10,134 nt of DNA from a candidate division WOR-3 bacterium (GCA_049969615.1 JBMFOM010000073.1:1-10134); one strand, 5' to 3'; positions 1-8,530 are shown, counted from the stretch's first letter. Notes: generated from the sequence alone by a model not told the origin. Numbers and translations are program-made.

Positions 1-185
1 CCGTGGGCCCATATCCCGCCCCCAAGGCCTTCCCGTTTGGATAGCTCCTGGGCAACCACAGCCTTTATTCTCTTTACTACATCAGAGACAGAGTGTTTTG
101 GTTCCAGGCCCACGAACATGTGCACATGGTCTGGCTGGACAGATAAAGCCAGGGGTATATATCCTTCCTTCTGACATATCTCAAC
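1..185 (-). pseudogene. tnpA: IS200/IS605-family HUH (Y1) transposase, 5'-truncated fragment running off the window edge
   Basis: Not in the ORF track. Manual minus-strand translation from 185 gives VEICQKEGYIPLALSVQPDHVHMFVGLEPKHSVSDVVKRIKAVVAQELSKREGLGGGIWAH(G). This has the HUH motif (PDHVH, H-V-H at 128-120), the P..S.S..V..IK segment and the start of the W..GY motif. An in-frame TGA at 188-186 lies immediately upstream, so the N-terminus is missing. Confidence 0.85.
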
Positions 186-412
186 TCAACCCTGACACCA
201 AAACCCTCATTTTAGGGGGTCTGTCCTTGGAAACCCGCGTAAAATCGTGGGTATGATCCGGAATTTTCCGGGGAATACAGCTACCTCCAGATAGTTGAGA
301 ACATCTGGGGCAAGAAGAGAAAGAGGGCCACCCAGAGAGCCGTTTTCTCCATACCTGGGGCTGAGGGCCTTGAGCTCCGGTGCCTATACAGGGCGCTTGA
401 CATCCTTCATCA
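185..412 (+). mobile_element. IS1634-like transposase remnant (left end plus internally deleted, frameshifted coding region)
   Basis: The frame from 276 reads YSYLQIVENIWGKKRKRATQRAVFS then IPGAEGLELRCLYRALDIL, with a stop at 456-458. YLQIVEN..QR resembles the IS1634-family N-terminus, and L..LYRALD.L resembles a motif normally much further into those proteins. The ATG at 253 is out of frame with these motifs. Recognised from memory of the family; boundaries are approximate. Confidence 0.6.
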
Positions 413-414
413 GA

Positions 415-578
415 GGTCTCATAGAGCTAATTTAATATCTGAAGATTCTTTTGGGTAATCCGACAGTTTTCTTTCAAGTTCAGCGTCAAATATTCTCTCC
501 GGAAAAAGCCCAGTATTTCTGATAAATCTCCTACTGATCCCGTTCACAGCAAAAGTATAACCCGGAGGCTATGAGACC
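415..578. repeat. AT-rich segment bounded by perfect 10-bp inverted repeats (MITE-like)
   Basis: GGTCTCATAG (415-424) and CTATGAGACC (569-578) are exact reverse complements, extendable outward by GA/TC with a one-base bulge (413-581). The IS1634-like similarity stops at the left repeat. No clear target-site duplication. Confidence 0.55.
419..547 (-). CDS. Possible 42-aa small protein or gene fragment (MNGISRRFIRNTGLFPERIFDAELERKLSDYPKESSDIKLAL)
   Basis: GTG at 547-545 to TGA at 421-419, open for 42 codons. It is preceded on the minus strand by TTGAGG-N18-TATACT, with 6 nt to the GTG. No recognisable motif. Confidence 0.25.
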   Translation of the reverse strand: MNGISRRFIRNTGLFPERIFDAELERKLSDYPKESSDIKLAL

Positions 579-585
579 CTCAACT

Positions 586-615
586 TTGATCCGGCCCACT
601 CGCCCAGCTTAGAAT
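586..615 (+). promoter_or_regulatory. Putative sigma70 promoter of glyA
   Basis: TTGATC (586-591), 18-nt spacer, TAGAAT (610-615), followed by SD AAGGAG (625-630) and ATG at 640. Confidence 0.6.
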
Positions 616-639
616 TTGCCCGACAAGGAGAGACCTGAG

Positions 640-1914
640 ATGTTTCTTGAAGAACTCTACAAGACTGATCCTGAGATCTTTGATGTCATTTACAAGGAGA
701 CCTACCGCCAACACGAGGGCCTTGAGCTCATAGCCTCGGAGAACTTCACCTCTGTAGCTGTCCTCGCGGCCCTGGGCAGTTCCCTGACCAACAAATACGC
801 GGAGGGCTACCCGGGCAAGCGCTACTACGGCGGGTGCCAGTTCGTTGATGTGGCGGAGGAGTTGGCGCGCAAACGCCTTACTGAATTATTCGGCGCGGAT
901 TGGGCTAATGTTCAGCCTCACTCCGGGACACAGGCGAACATGTCCGTGTATTTCGCGGTGATGAACCCAGGGGATACTCTGCTTTCAATGGAGCTTTCCC
1001 ACGGCGGCCACCTCTCCCACGGACACCCAGTCAATTTCACGGGCAAGTGGTATAAGGTCGCCAGTTACAGGGTCAACCCAGATGATGAGCGGCTTCACAT
1101 GGATGAGGTCAGGGCAGTTGCCCTTGAGACCAGACCAAAGGTCATAGTTTGCGGATACTCAAATTATCCCCGAACAATAGACTTCAAGGCCTTTCGCGAG
1201 ATAGCTGACGAGGTTGGAGCATATCTTCTCGCTGACATAGCCCACATAGCGGGTCTCGTCGCGACCGGAAATCATCCCTCACCCGTCGCGCACGCGCATT
1301 TCGTCTCCACCACTACTCACAAGACCCTCAGGGGTCCCAGGGGGGGCGCGGTCATGGCACAAAAGGATGTGGCGGAAATGCTGGACAAGTCAGTTTTTCC
1401 TGGGATGCAAGGAGGGCCACTGATGCATGTGATTGCCGCGAAAGCCGTAGCGTTTAAGGAGGCTATGTCCCCCGAATTCAGCCAATACCAGGGCCAGATA
1501 ATCCGCAACGCGAGAGCGCTCGCTGAGACCCTGATGACCGAGGGGCTCAGACTCGTTTCCGGCGGAACGGACAACCACCTGATGTCAGTGGACCTCAGAC
1601 CCCAGGGCCTCACCGGCAAAGAGGTTGAGGAGTTTCTGGGCAGGGCCGAGATAACCGTGAACAAGAATACAATACCCTATGACCCACAGAAACCCTGGAT
1701 AACATCGGGCATACGGATAGGCGTGCCAGCTGTCACCACGAGGGGAATGAAGGAACCAGAGATGGTGGTCATGGGGAAACTTCTCGCCAGGGCAATACAC
1801 GCGAAGGGGGACCCGGCAGTTTTGGATGAGGTTAAGAGGGAGGTCAGGGAGCTGACAGCGGCTTTCCCGCTATACAAAGCTCTCCGGGAGAAGATGCTGG
1901 CCATAATGGAATGA
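640..1914 (+). CDS. glyA: Serine hydroxymethyltransferase
   Basis: Motifs [51 protein letters not shown] (PLP lysine), VSGGTDNHL and NKNTIP..SGIRIG. Start moved from the track's TTG at 616 to ATG 640 because AAGGAG lies 9 nt upstream. Confidence 0.98.
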   Translation: MFLEELYKTDPEIFDVIYKETYRQHEGLELIASENFTSVAVLAALGSSLTNKYAEGYPGKRYYGGCQFVDVAEELARKRLTELFGADWANVQPHSGTQANMSVYFAVMNPGDTLLSMELSHGGHLSHGHPVNFTGKWYKVASYRVNPDDERLHMDEVRAVALETRPKVIVCGYSNYPRTIDFKAFREIADEVGAYLLADIAHIAGLVATGNHPSPVAHAHFVSTTTHKTLRGPRGGAVMAQKDVAEMLDKSVFPGMQGGPLMHVIAAKAVAFKEAMSPEFSQYQGQIIRNARALAETLMTEGLRLVSGGTDNHLMSVDLRPQGLTGKEVEEFLGRAEITVNKNTIPYDPQKPWITSGIRIGVPAVTTRGMKEPEMVVMGKLLARAIHAKGDPAVLDEVKREVRELTAAFPLYKALREKMLAIME

Positions 1915-2069
1915 TAATCAGAAAAGGCTGGGCACGAGGTTTGAGTTTGAGCCTTAGTGTTCGGCTAAGCCAGATGTGAGTGGGCTTTTGACCGAGAACA
2001 TTCAATCCCTTCCCTCTGACAACCAGGGGATAAACCAAACCATGGGTGCAGGAACCCAAGCCTAGCCGG

Positions 2070-2075
2070 TATAAT
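2070..2075 (+). promoter_or_regulatory. Consensus -10 box 6 nt before the glyS start codon
   Basis: TATAAT at 2070-2075, then TTCTCC, then GTG at 2082. No SD and no convincing -35. Confidence 0.55.
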
Positions 2076-2081
2076 TTCTCC

Positions 2082-4139
2082 GTGCCTGACTTTCTCCTTG
2101 AGATAGGGACAGAGGAATTGCCATCCGGTTTTATAAAGCCTGGTTTTTTTCAACTCAGAAAGCGCGTTGAGCAACTGCTCTCTGTGAACCAGATCGGTTT
2201 CCGGGAGGTGAGGGAGTTCGGTACACCCAGGAGGCTTGCGGTTCTGTTCTTTGGGGTTGACGAGAGGGGCGAGATGGCCGAGGAGGAGGTTATTGGTCCT
2301 CCAGCAAGGGTCGCGTTTGACGAGAACGGCAACCTTACCAGGGCCGCGACGGGTTTCGCTGAGAAACTGGGGATTGACACATCGTGCCTTAGAAGGGTGA
2401 AAACCGAAAAGGGTGAATATCTGGCCGCGACAGTTAGAAAAGGTGGAACAGAAACCAGGGCTATTCTCTCTGTGGAACTGCCGGGGATAATCAGGGGACT
2501 TGAATTTCCAAAGACCATGTCTTGGGGCAAGCCCATCAGGTTTCCAAGGCCGATAAGGTGGGTCCTGGCACTCTGGGACAGTGAGACGCTTGAATTTGAA
2601 ATTGACGGCATTCGCGCGGGAAACAGGACCAGGGGCCACAGGCTCATTTCACCCAGTGAGATCGGAATAAATAGGCCAGCTGATTATGAGGACGAGTTGA
2701 AAAGGGCTGGGGTAGTCCCTTCGTGGGATGAACGAAAGGAAAAGCTCTGGGCCAATGTAAGGGCAAAGGCTGAGGCGTTCGGGGAACCAGTTGAGGATCC
2801 GGATCTCCACGAGGAGGTAACCGGACTGCTTGAAATACCGGAGGCTGTGTTAGGCCGTTTCCCGGAGAAATATCTGGAATTGCCCGATCCCATAATCAGG
2901 CAAGCGATGAAGGCGCACCAGCGCTACTTTGCCATCATGGGAAGGAACGGGCGTCTTGCACCAGCCTTTGTCGCTGGGATAAACAACCTCTCGGAAAAAG
3001 CAGAGTTGATAGTGCCAGGGCTTGAGGCAGTCTTGGTGGCGAGGCTTGAGGACGCGGCGTTCTATTTCCGCCAGGACACGAAGAGGCCGCTGGAATCCTT
3101 TGCGGATGAACTCAAAAAAATGAAGTGGGGGCCGTGGACAGTGGCTGAGAGAGCGGACAGGACAAAATCCCTCGCACTGAAAATAGCGACCGAAATAAAG
3201 GCAAACCAGGAAATCGTTCGCCGGGCCGCGGAGCTCTACCTGTGTGACCTGGCGACCTCCATGATCAGGGATGGCAAAGAATTCACCGCTCTTGAGGGTA
3301 TGATTGGGTCGTATTACGCCCTTGCCTCAGGCGAGTCAGAGGGTGTCGCTCTGGCCATAAGGGATTCCCGATTGCCCAGGTTTCCGGGCGATGACCTGCC
3401 CGCGTCCCCGGAAGGGATTTGTATCTCCCTGGCTGACAAGCTGGACACCCTTCTGGGCGCGCTATCCACTGGATACGAACCCAGCCCCACAAAAGACCCT
3501 CTGGGCATAAGAAGGTTGGTCTATTCAATCATAGAGATGATCCTGGGGGCAGGCCTGCACGCTGACATAGACACGCTTACGGCCTGGGCGAGCGAACCAT
3601 TCGGCGGCAAGGGAACCGAAAAGGCGCGAGCACTTCTCTTTTCGCGGCTTGAGAATTACTTGGAGGAAAGGGAAGGAATCCGCTACGATATGGTTGATGC
3701 CGCTATAGGATCAGGCTCGCCGGACATCCTGGACATAGCCGAGAGGGCAAGGGCGCTCTGGCGAGCATACACGGGAGACGAGGAGACATTCAGGGCAATC
3801 GCTGTTGGCCAAAAAAGGGTTAACAAGATCCTTGAGGGGATAAGCGGGCTCCCCGCACCGGATCCGGCCCTGTTTGAGAAACCGGAGGAACGAGACCTGT
3901 TTGCCGCGACGAGCGAAACATCTGAGCCGCTTTCGGAGGCCCTCTCCGAGAGGGATTATCCTCGTGCCATTTCCGTGCTAGTTGACCTAAAGCCAAGGAT
4001 AGACGCTTTTTTTGACAATGTCTTTGTAATGGTTGATGACGAAAAGCTCAGAAAGAACCGGCTCGCATTGCTATCGGGGATAAGGGAACTCTTCCTCTCC
4101 TACGGTGACCTCTCAAAAATAGTGGTGGAGGGTAGTTGA
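2082..4139 (+). CDS. glyS: Glycine--tRNA ligase beta subunit
   Basis: Motifs DFLLEIGTEELP, TPRRLAV, GPP..AFD..G..T.AA.GFA, FPKTM.W..F.RPIRW, HQRYF, ARLEDA.FY..D, DKLDT..DPLG.RR and C-terminal IDAFFDNV.VM..R.NRLALL. The canonical N-terminus places the start at GTG 2082 rather than 2046. Confidence 0.96.
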   Translation: MPDFLLEIGTEELPSGFIKPGFFQLRKRVEQLLSVNQIGFREVREFGTPRRLAVLFFGVDERGEMAEEEVIGPPARVAFDENGNLTRAATGFAEKLGIDTSCLRRVKTEKGEYLAATVRKGGTETRAILSVELPGIIRGLEFPKTMSWGKPIRFPRPIRWVLALWDSETLEFEIDGIRAGNRTRGHRLISPSEIGINRPADYEDELKRAGVVPSWDERKEKLWANVRAKAEAFGEPVEDPDLHEEVTGLLEIPEAVLGRFPEKYLELPDPIIRQAMKAHQRYFAIMGRNGRLAPAFVAGINNLSEKAELIVPGLEAVLVARLEDAAFYFRQDTKRPLESFADELKKMKWGPWTVAERADRTKSLALKIATEIKANQEIVRRAAELYLCDLATSMIRDGKEFTALEGMIGSYYALASGESEGVALAIRDSRLPRFPGDDLPASPEGICISLADKLDTLLGALSTGYEPSPTKDPLGIRRLVYSIIEMILGAGLHADIDTLTAWASEPFGGKGTEKARALLFSRLENYLEEREGIRYDMVDAAIGSGSPDILDIAERARALWRAYTGDEETFRAIAVGQKRVNKILEGISGLPAPDPALFEKPEERDLFAATSETSEPLSEALSERDYPRAISVLVDLKPRIDAFFDNVFVMVDDEKLRKNRLALLSGIRELFLSYGDLSKIVVEGS

Positions 4140-5506
4140 AGCCCCGGAAAAAACTCGTCACCCCCTTGGTTCTCTCGCTTATATTTCTGTGTGGATTGAT
4201 GGCGGGCCTTTCCACGCTCGCATCAGACCCACAGGTCGCGTATACCCCTGATTCGGCCGAATACCTCACGGCCGCGCGGGACATACTATATCACGGCCCC
4301 GGCATCCTGTTCAATCCACCCAGCCATCCGGAGCTCATCACGAGCGTACTCTGGTTTATCAGGCCCCCGGTCTATCCGGCAATCCTGGCAATGATCAGAC
4401 GCTTGCCCATACTGTCCATAGAGCTATGGAACTTCGTCGCGCTCTGGGCCATGACCCTGCTCGCGGTTCTCGGATCACACATGTTCCTCAAGGGAAGGGC
4501 TGGAGGGGCATGGGTTCCGGTCATCGTGCTACCGATAGTCTGCCTGCCATGGGCAATGAGCATCATGTCAGACAACGTTTTTCTGCTCGCGAATGTCCTG
4601 TTTATTATTGCATTCCTGTGGTTTCTGGAAAAACCCGGCTGGGTGAGGATGCTTCTCGTGATCATCCTGGGGGTTCTCTCGGCGTTCACAAAACCGGTAG
4701 GCGCTTTTGGTTGTATCCTGGTCGTTCTCGCGGGACTGCTGGACAGGAGAGCCAGGTGGTTCAGCCTTGGGATAACCGGGATCCTTGTTACCCTGATGGC
4801 TCTCTGGTCATTCAGGAACCAGGCGCTCTACGGCAGGTTCCTCTTTTCCGGGGTCACGGATTTTAACATGGCCTTTTTTAACTATCCGGCCCTCCTGGCA
4901 AGGGAGACCAGGGCAGACGAATGGACGCTGAGGGATTCGCTCATAAGGGATTTTGGCCAGGAGGTTTCCAGAGCCGGAATAGCCGGTGATGACAGGGCAA
5001 AGAGCGCGCTTTTGGCGGAGAGGGCAAAGGACGCAACAGGTTATATACTGGCCAGGCCATTGGGTTACGCGCTCTGCCACCTGAGCTATCTGCCCCGTAT
5101 CTTTGGGACTTTCAGAGCACCAGGATTGGGCGGCAACAGGCCGCGGCCACCATCAAAACCTGGGCCAGGGTCAATAGGCCGGCTACCTGAACCCGGCGGA
5201 CAGCCACCCGGACGCGGCGGCCTTGGTCCTGAAGGCTCAGAGAGTCTCTCTGTTTGGGGCATTATGAATGTGGGGGCGCGTGTAGCGTGCTTCCTGCTGG
5301 CAATCCTTGGAGTTGGTTTCTGGTGGAGGAGGGACAAATCTCAGGCCATAAGCCTAGCGATCGGGACGCTCTGGTTCATGCTGAGCATTGGTCCAGCGGG
5401 GGACGACAGGACGAGCCTGCCGGCCGTTCTGTTCGCGTGCATCCTAGCGCAGGGAGGATGGCTATTTGCCAAAGAGAATCTGGCGAGGATAGTTGCCCGC
5501 AACTGA
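4136..5506 (+). CDS. Polytopic membrane protein, probable GT-C fold (ArnT/PMT-like) glycosyltransferase
   Basis: N-terminal TM helix followed by PDSAEY..A and RPPVYP..LA, then MSD, TKP, W..RN..YG.F and a late DR..LP motif among many hydrophobic segments. The TTG start overlaps the glyS stop (TTGA 4136-4139), with GGAGG at 4127-4131. Confidence 0.7.
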   Translation: MKPRKKLVTPLVLSLIFLCGLMAGLSTLASDPQVAYTPDSAEYLTAARDILYHGPGILFNPPSHPELITSVLWFIRPPVYPAILAMIRRLPILSIELWNFVALWAMTLLAVLGSHMFLKGRAGGAWVPVIVLPIVCLPWAMSIMSDNVFLLANVLFIIAFLWFLEKPGWVRMLLVIILGVLSAFTKPVGAFGCILVVLAGLLDRRARWFSLGITGILVTLMALWSFRNQALYGRFLFSGVTDFNMAFFNYPALLARETRADEWTLRDSLIRDFGQEVSRAGIAGDDRAKSALLAERAKDATGYILARPLGYALCHLSYLPRIFGTFRAPGLGGNRPRPPSKPGPGSIGRLPEPGGQPPGRGGLGPEGSESLSVWGIMNVGARVACFLLAILGVGFWWRRDKSQAISLAIGTLWFMLSIGPAGDDRTSLPAVLFACILAQGGWLFAKENLARIVARN

Positions 5507-5522
5507 ATACATAAGTTATAAT
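5493..5522 (+). promoter_or_regulatory. Putative sigma70 promoter of the fdh operon
   Basis: TTGCCC (5493-5498, inside the end of the upstream gene), 18-nt spacer, TATAAT (5517-5522); TTG start 9 nt later. Confidence 0.55.
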
Positions 5523-5531
5523 TTAGTCAGG

Positions 5532-7577
5532 TTGGACGAAAAGCGCGTCCTGACGAATTGCATCTGGTGCGGAACCGGATGCTCTTTCTACCTCAGGGTT
5601 CGCGACGGCAAGATAGCAGGGGTTGCTCCCAGCCTGTCCCACCCCATATCCAGGGGAAGGTTGTGTGCCAAGGGCTGGAGGAGCTACGAGTTCGCGTCCC
5701 ATCCAGACAGGCTAAAAAAACCGCTGATCAGACAGGGCGATGATTTCAGGGAAACGAGCTGGGACGAGGCTCTCGGTACGGTCGCGGAGAGGCTCCTAGA
5801 GATAAAGAGAAAATATGGTCCGGAGGCCATCCAGGTTCTCGGGTCTGCTAAATGCACGAACGAGGACAACTATGTGCTACAACGATGGGCAAGGGCGTGT
5901 CTGGGAACCGACAACATTGACCACTGCGCGAGGCTATGCCACGCTTCAACGGTCGCTGGACTCGCCAGGGCTTTTGGCTCCGGCGCGATGACCCAATCAA
6001 TACAGGAAATAGAAGGCGCTAACCTGATATTCATAACCGGTTCAAACACCGCGGAACAGCACCCTGTTATCGCCTCCCACATGATGAGGGCTATAAAAAA
6101 CGGGGCAAAACTGCTTGTCATAGACCCTCGGAAAACCCCGATGGCGCGCATAGCGGACATCTATCTAGCCCAGAGGCCAGGGACAGACATAGCGTGGATA
6201 AACGCTTTCATAAATGTGATAGTCAACGAGGGCCTCCACGACGAGCATTTCATTCAGGAGCACACAGAGGACTTCTCAGAAATGTGGGAAGTGGCAAAGG
6301 AATACACGCCTGACGTGGCTGAGAGGATAACGGGAATACCCGCGGAAAGAATAGCTCAAGCCGCGCGCCTATACGCCGAGTCGGAGAGGCCCATGATATT
6401 TTACTCAATGGGCATAACCCAGCACATAACCGGGACGCAAAATGTGATGGCCCTTGCCAACCTGGTCATGATTTCCGGAAAGATAGGCAGGCCATCGGTA
6501 GGTCTCTGCCCCCTGAGGGGACAGAACAATGTCCAGGGCGCGTGCGATATGGGGGTCCTGCCGGGAACACTGCCGGGTTATCAGGCCAATTCTGACGAGG
6601 AGGTTCTGAAAAAATTTGAGGCGCTCTGGGGAATACGGCCTCCTTTCTGGAAAGGGATAACTAGCACCCAGGGCCCGGACGCGATACTGGACGGCAGAGT
6701 GAAAGCCTTATACTCAATGGGCGAGAACATCTTCGCTTCTCACCCGGACATGACCCACATGGGCGAAGCGCTCCGATACACTGAATTTCTGGTTGTTCAG
6801 GACATATTCATGACTGAAACAGCCCGTTTCGCGCACGTTGTTCTCCCAGCAACAGCTTGGCCCGAGAAGGAGGGAACTTTCACTTGCACCGACCGCACGG
6901 TCCAGCGCGTCCGGAAGGCTATTGAGCCTCCGGGCGAGGCCCGTGATGACTGGCGCATAATACAGGAAATCTCAAGGAGAATGGGCTACCAGATGGAGTT
7001 TGAAAGTCCGGAGGAAATATTCTCCGAGATCGCGAAGGCCATGCCCATATATGCGGGCATATCATACAGAAGACTTGAAAGTGGCGGCCTACAGTGGCCA
7101 TGCCCCTCACCGGATCATCCCGGAACCCCATATCTTCACAAGGACGGGGTTTTCAGGAGGCCCGGCGGCAAGGGGAAATTTCACCCGACTGAACACGTGG
7201 AACCGCCGGAACTGCCGGATCCCGAATATCCGTTTTATCTCTCAACCGGTAGGGTTGGCTTTCACTGGCACACCCGGTCAATGACTAAGAGGATAGGGCT
7301 TCTTGAAAGGGAGTATCCAACATCCCTGCTGGATGTCAACCCAGAGGACGGGAAGAGGCTCGGCATAAGGTCAGGGGATAAGGTCAGGGTGACATCTCGC
7401 CGGGGTTCAATACTCTGCACGGCGCGCCTGACGGACGAGGTTCCCCCTGGCCTGGTCTTCGGCACATTCCATTATTCCGAGGCATCCGCCAACCTGCTTA
7501 CGATGAACGCTCTGGACCCCACAGCGCTCATTCCCGAGCTCAAGGTCTCGGCCGTAAGATTGGAGAGAGAAACATGA
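5532..7577 (+). CDS. fdhF: Formate dehydrogenase catalytic (alpha) subunit, Mo/W-bisPGD, FdhF-like, cysteine form
   Basis: N-terminal [4Fe-4S] motif CIWCGTGC..LCAKG, SAKCTNED, active-site DHCARLCHAST (Cys codon TGC at 5937-5939), LRGQNNVQGACDMG, VVQDIF..ETA..A.VVLPA..EKEGTFT and a C-terminal TGR..H.H dinucleotide-binding domain. No Tat signal and no N-terminal [2Fe-2S] extension. The start at TTG 5532 is inferred. Confidence 0.92.
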   Translation: MDEKRVLTNCIWCGTGCSFYLRVRDGKIAGVAPSLSHPISRGRLCAKGWRSYEFASHPDRLKKPLIRQGDDFRETSWDEALGTVAERLLEIKRKYGPEAIQVLGSAKCTNEDNYVLQRWARACLGTDNIDHCARLCHASTVAGLARAFGSGAMTQSIQEIEGANLIFITGSNTAEQHPVIASHMMRAIKNGAKLLVIDPRKTPMARIADIYLAQRPGTDIAWINAFINVIVNEGLHDEHFIQEHTEDFSEMWEVAKEYTPDVAERITGIPAERIAQAARLYAESERPMIFYSMGITQHITGTQNVMALANLVMISGKIGRPSVGLCPLRGQNNVQGACDMGVLPGTLPGYQANSDEEVLKKFEALWGIRPPFWKGITSTQGPDAILDGRVKALYSMGENIFASHPDMTHMGEALRYTEFLVVQDIFMTETARFAHVVLPATAWPEKEGTFTCTDRTVQRVRKAIEPPGEARDDWRIIQEISRRMGYQMEFESPEEIFSEIAKAMPIYAGISYRRLESGGLQWPCPSPDHPGTPYLHKDGVFRRPGGKGKFHPTEHVEPPELPDPEYPFYLSTGRVGFHWHTRSMTKRIGLLEREYPTSLLDVNPEDGKRLGIRSGDKVRVTSRRGSILCTARLTDEVPPGLVFGTFHYSEASANLLTMNALDPTALIPELKVSAVRLERET

Positions 7578-8530
7578 TAAAAAGGCTTTCCTGGGATAAC
7601 CTTCTCTCCATCCTGCACGCCATTGAGAAAGAGGGATACGAGGTTCTCTCGCCGCGGATGAATCATTTCGGGGACTGGTTCCCCGAGCCGGGCATACCGG
7701 ACGGGCCGCCAAAAGGCTTCCTGAACTACTTTTTCCCGTTCCTAAAGGAAGCGGTATTTCCAACAGAGGAACCCCTGTTTTTTCGCTATGGAGAAACATT
7801 CCTGCCATACGATGCCGACAGCAGGAAGGTGGCATTCTTTGCATCAAGGCCTTGCGATTCCACTGCTTTGGCATATACGGATCACTTTTTCATGGGAAGA
7901 TCCTTTCCGGATTCAAGATACAGGGCAAGGCGAAAGAACCTACTGGTAATAACCATGGCCTGCAAGACCCCATGTCCCAACTCGTTCTGCCGGGCCACCA
8001 GGGCAGGGCCTTGGGCCAGGAAGGGTTTTGACATACAGGTCTACCTGCAAGGCGAAATGTGGATAGCCGAGGCCAGGACATCCCTGGGCCAGGAGCTCCT
8101 CTCGCCATACCGGGACGCGCAAAGGGACGAAATCTTGAGAGCCAGGCAAGAGATTGAAGAAGGATTTCCGGATGAGGGGCATCTTCCAAGACACCAGGTC
8201 AAGGACAAGGAGCTCAATGATTGGCTTGGGATGAGGTGCTTCAGGTGCGGCGCTTGCGTTTGGCTATGCCCAACATGCACCTGCTACAACCAGTCTCAGT
8301 TTGATGGGGAGGGGGTAAAAAGGGAGCAAGACCCGTGCCTCTTTGAGGGATACCACCGGCTCGCGGGTGGCGCGTCCTTGCGGCCGACCCAACCGGAGAG
8401 AATGGACTTCAGATATGAGTGCAAGTTTGGTGTCGGCGCGTGTGTGGGGTGCGGGAGATGTTCTGTGGGTTGCGTGGGATACGCCGCGATGGAGGCTTAT
8501 TTTGAGCGCAAGGGACCACGAACTGCCTGA
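7574..8530 (+). CDS. AsrA/HydB (sulfhydrogenase beta)/FlxB-like 4Fe-4S protein
   Basis: Motifs KE.VFP.EE.LF, RPCD..A...D..F..D..Y..RR, C..P...FC, GFDI, CFRCGACVWLCPTCTC and CVGCGRCSVGC. ATGA overlap with the fdh stop. Confidence 0.85.
   Translation: MIKRLSWDNLLSILHAIEKEGYEVLSPRMNHFGDWFPEPGIPDGPPKGFLNYFFPFLKEAVFPTEEPLFFRYGETFLPYDADSRKVAFFASRPCDSTALAYTDHFFMGRSFPDSRYRARRKNLLVITMACKTPCPNSFCRATRAGPWARKGFDIQVYLQGEMWIAEARTSLGQELLSPYRDAQRDEILRARQEIEEGFPDEGHLPRHQVKDKELNDWLGMRCFRCGACVWLCPTCTCYNQSQFDGEGVKREQDPCLFEGYHRLAGGASLRPTQPERMDFRYECKFGVGACVGCGRCSVGCVGYAAMEAYFERKGPRTA

Noticed and set aside
258..271. Palindrome CCGGAA-TT-TTCCGG
   Set aside because: Only 6-bp arms in degenerate IS sequence, so no function can be supported.
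1915..2081. T-box or glycine riboswitch before glyS
   Set aside because: No T-box AAGGTGGNACC-type motif, terminator or aptamer consensus is visible, and the -10 box abuts the start codon.
1965..2639. 224-aa minus-strand ORF and other antisense ORFs over glyA, glyS, fdh and the GT-C-like gene
   Set aside because: They overlap well-supported genes and carry no recognisable motifs; treated as shadow ORFs.
5937..5939. Selenocysteine recoding in Fdh
   Set aside because: The active-site codon is TGC (Cys) and the ORF has no internal TGA.
8343..8501. N-terminal extensions in the ORF track (also 616, 2046, 5493, 10101)
   Set aside because: They fall outside the family domain boundaries and overlap upstream genes or promoter boxes. 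SD or -10 positions favour the downstream starts.
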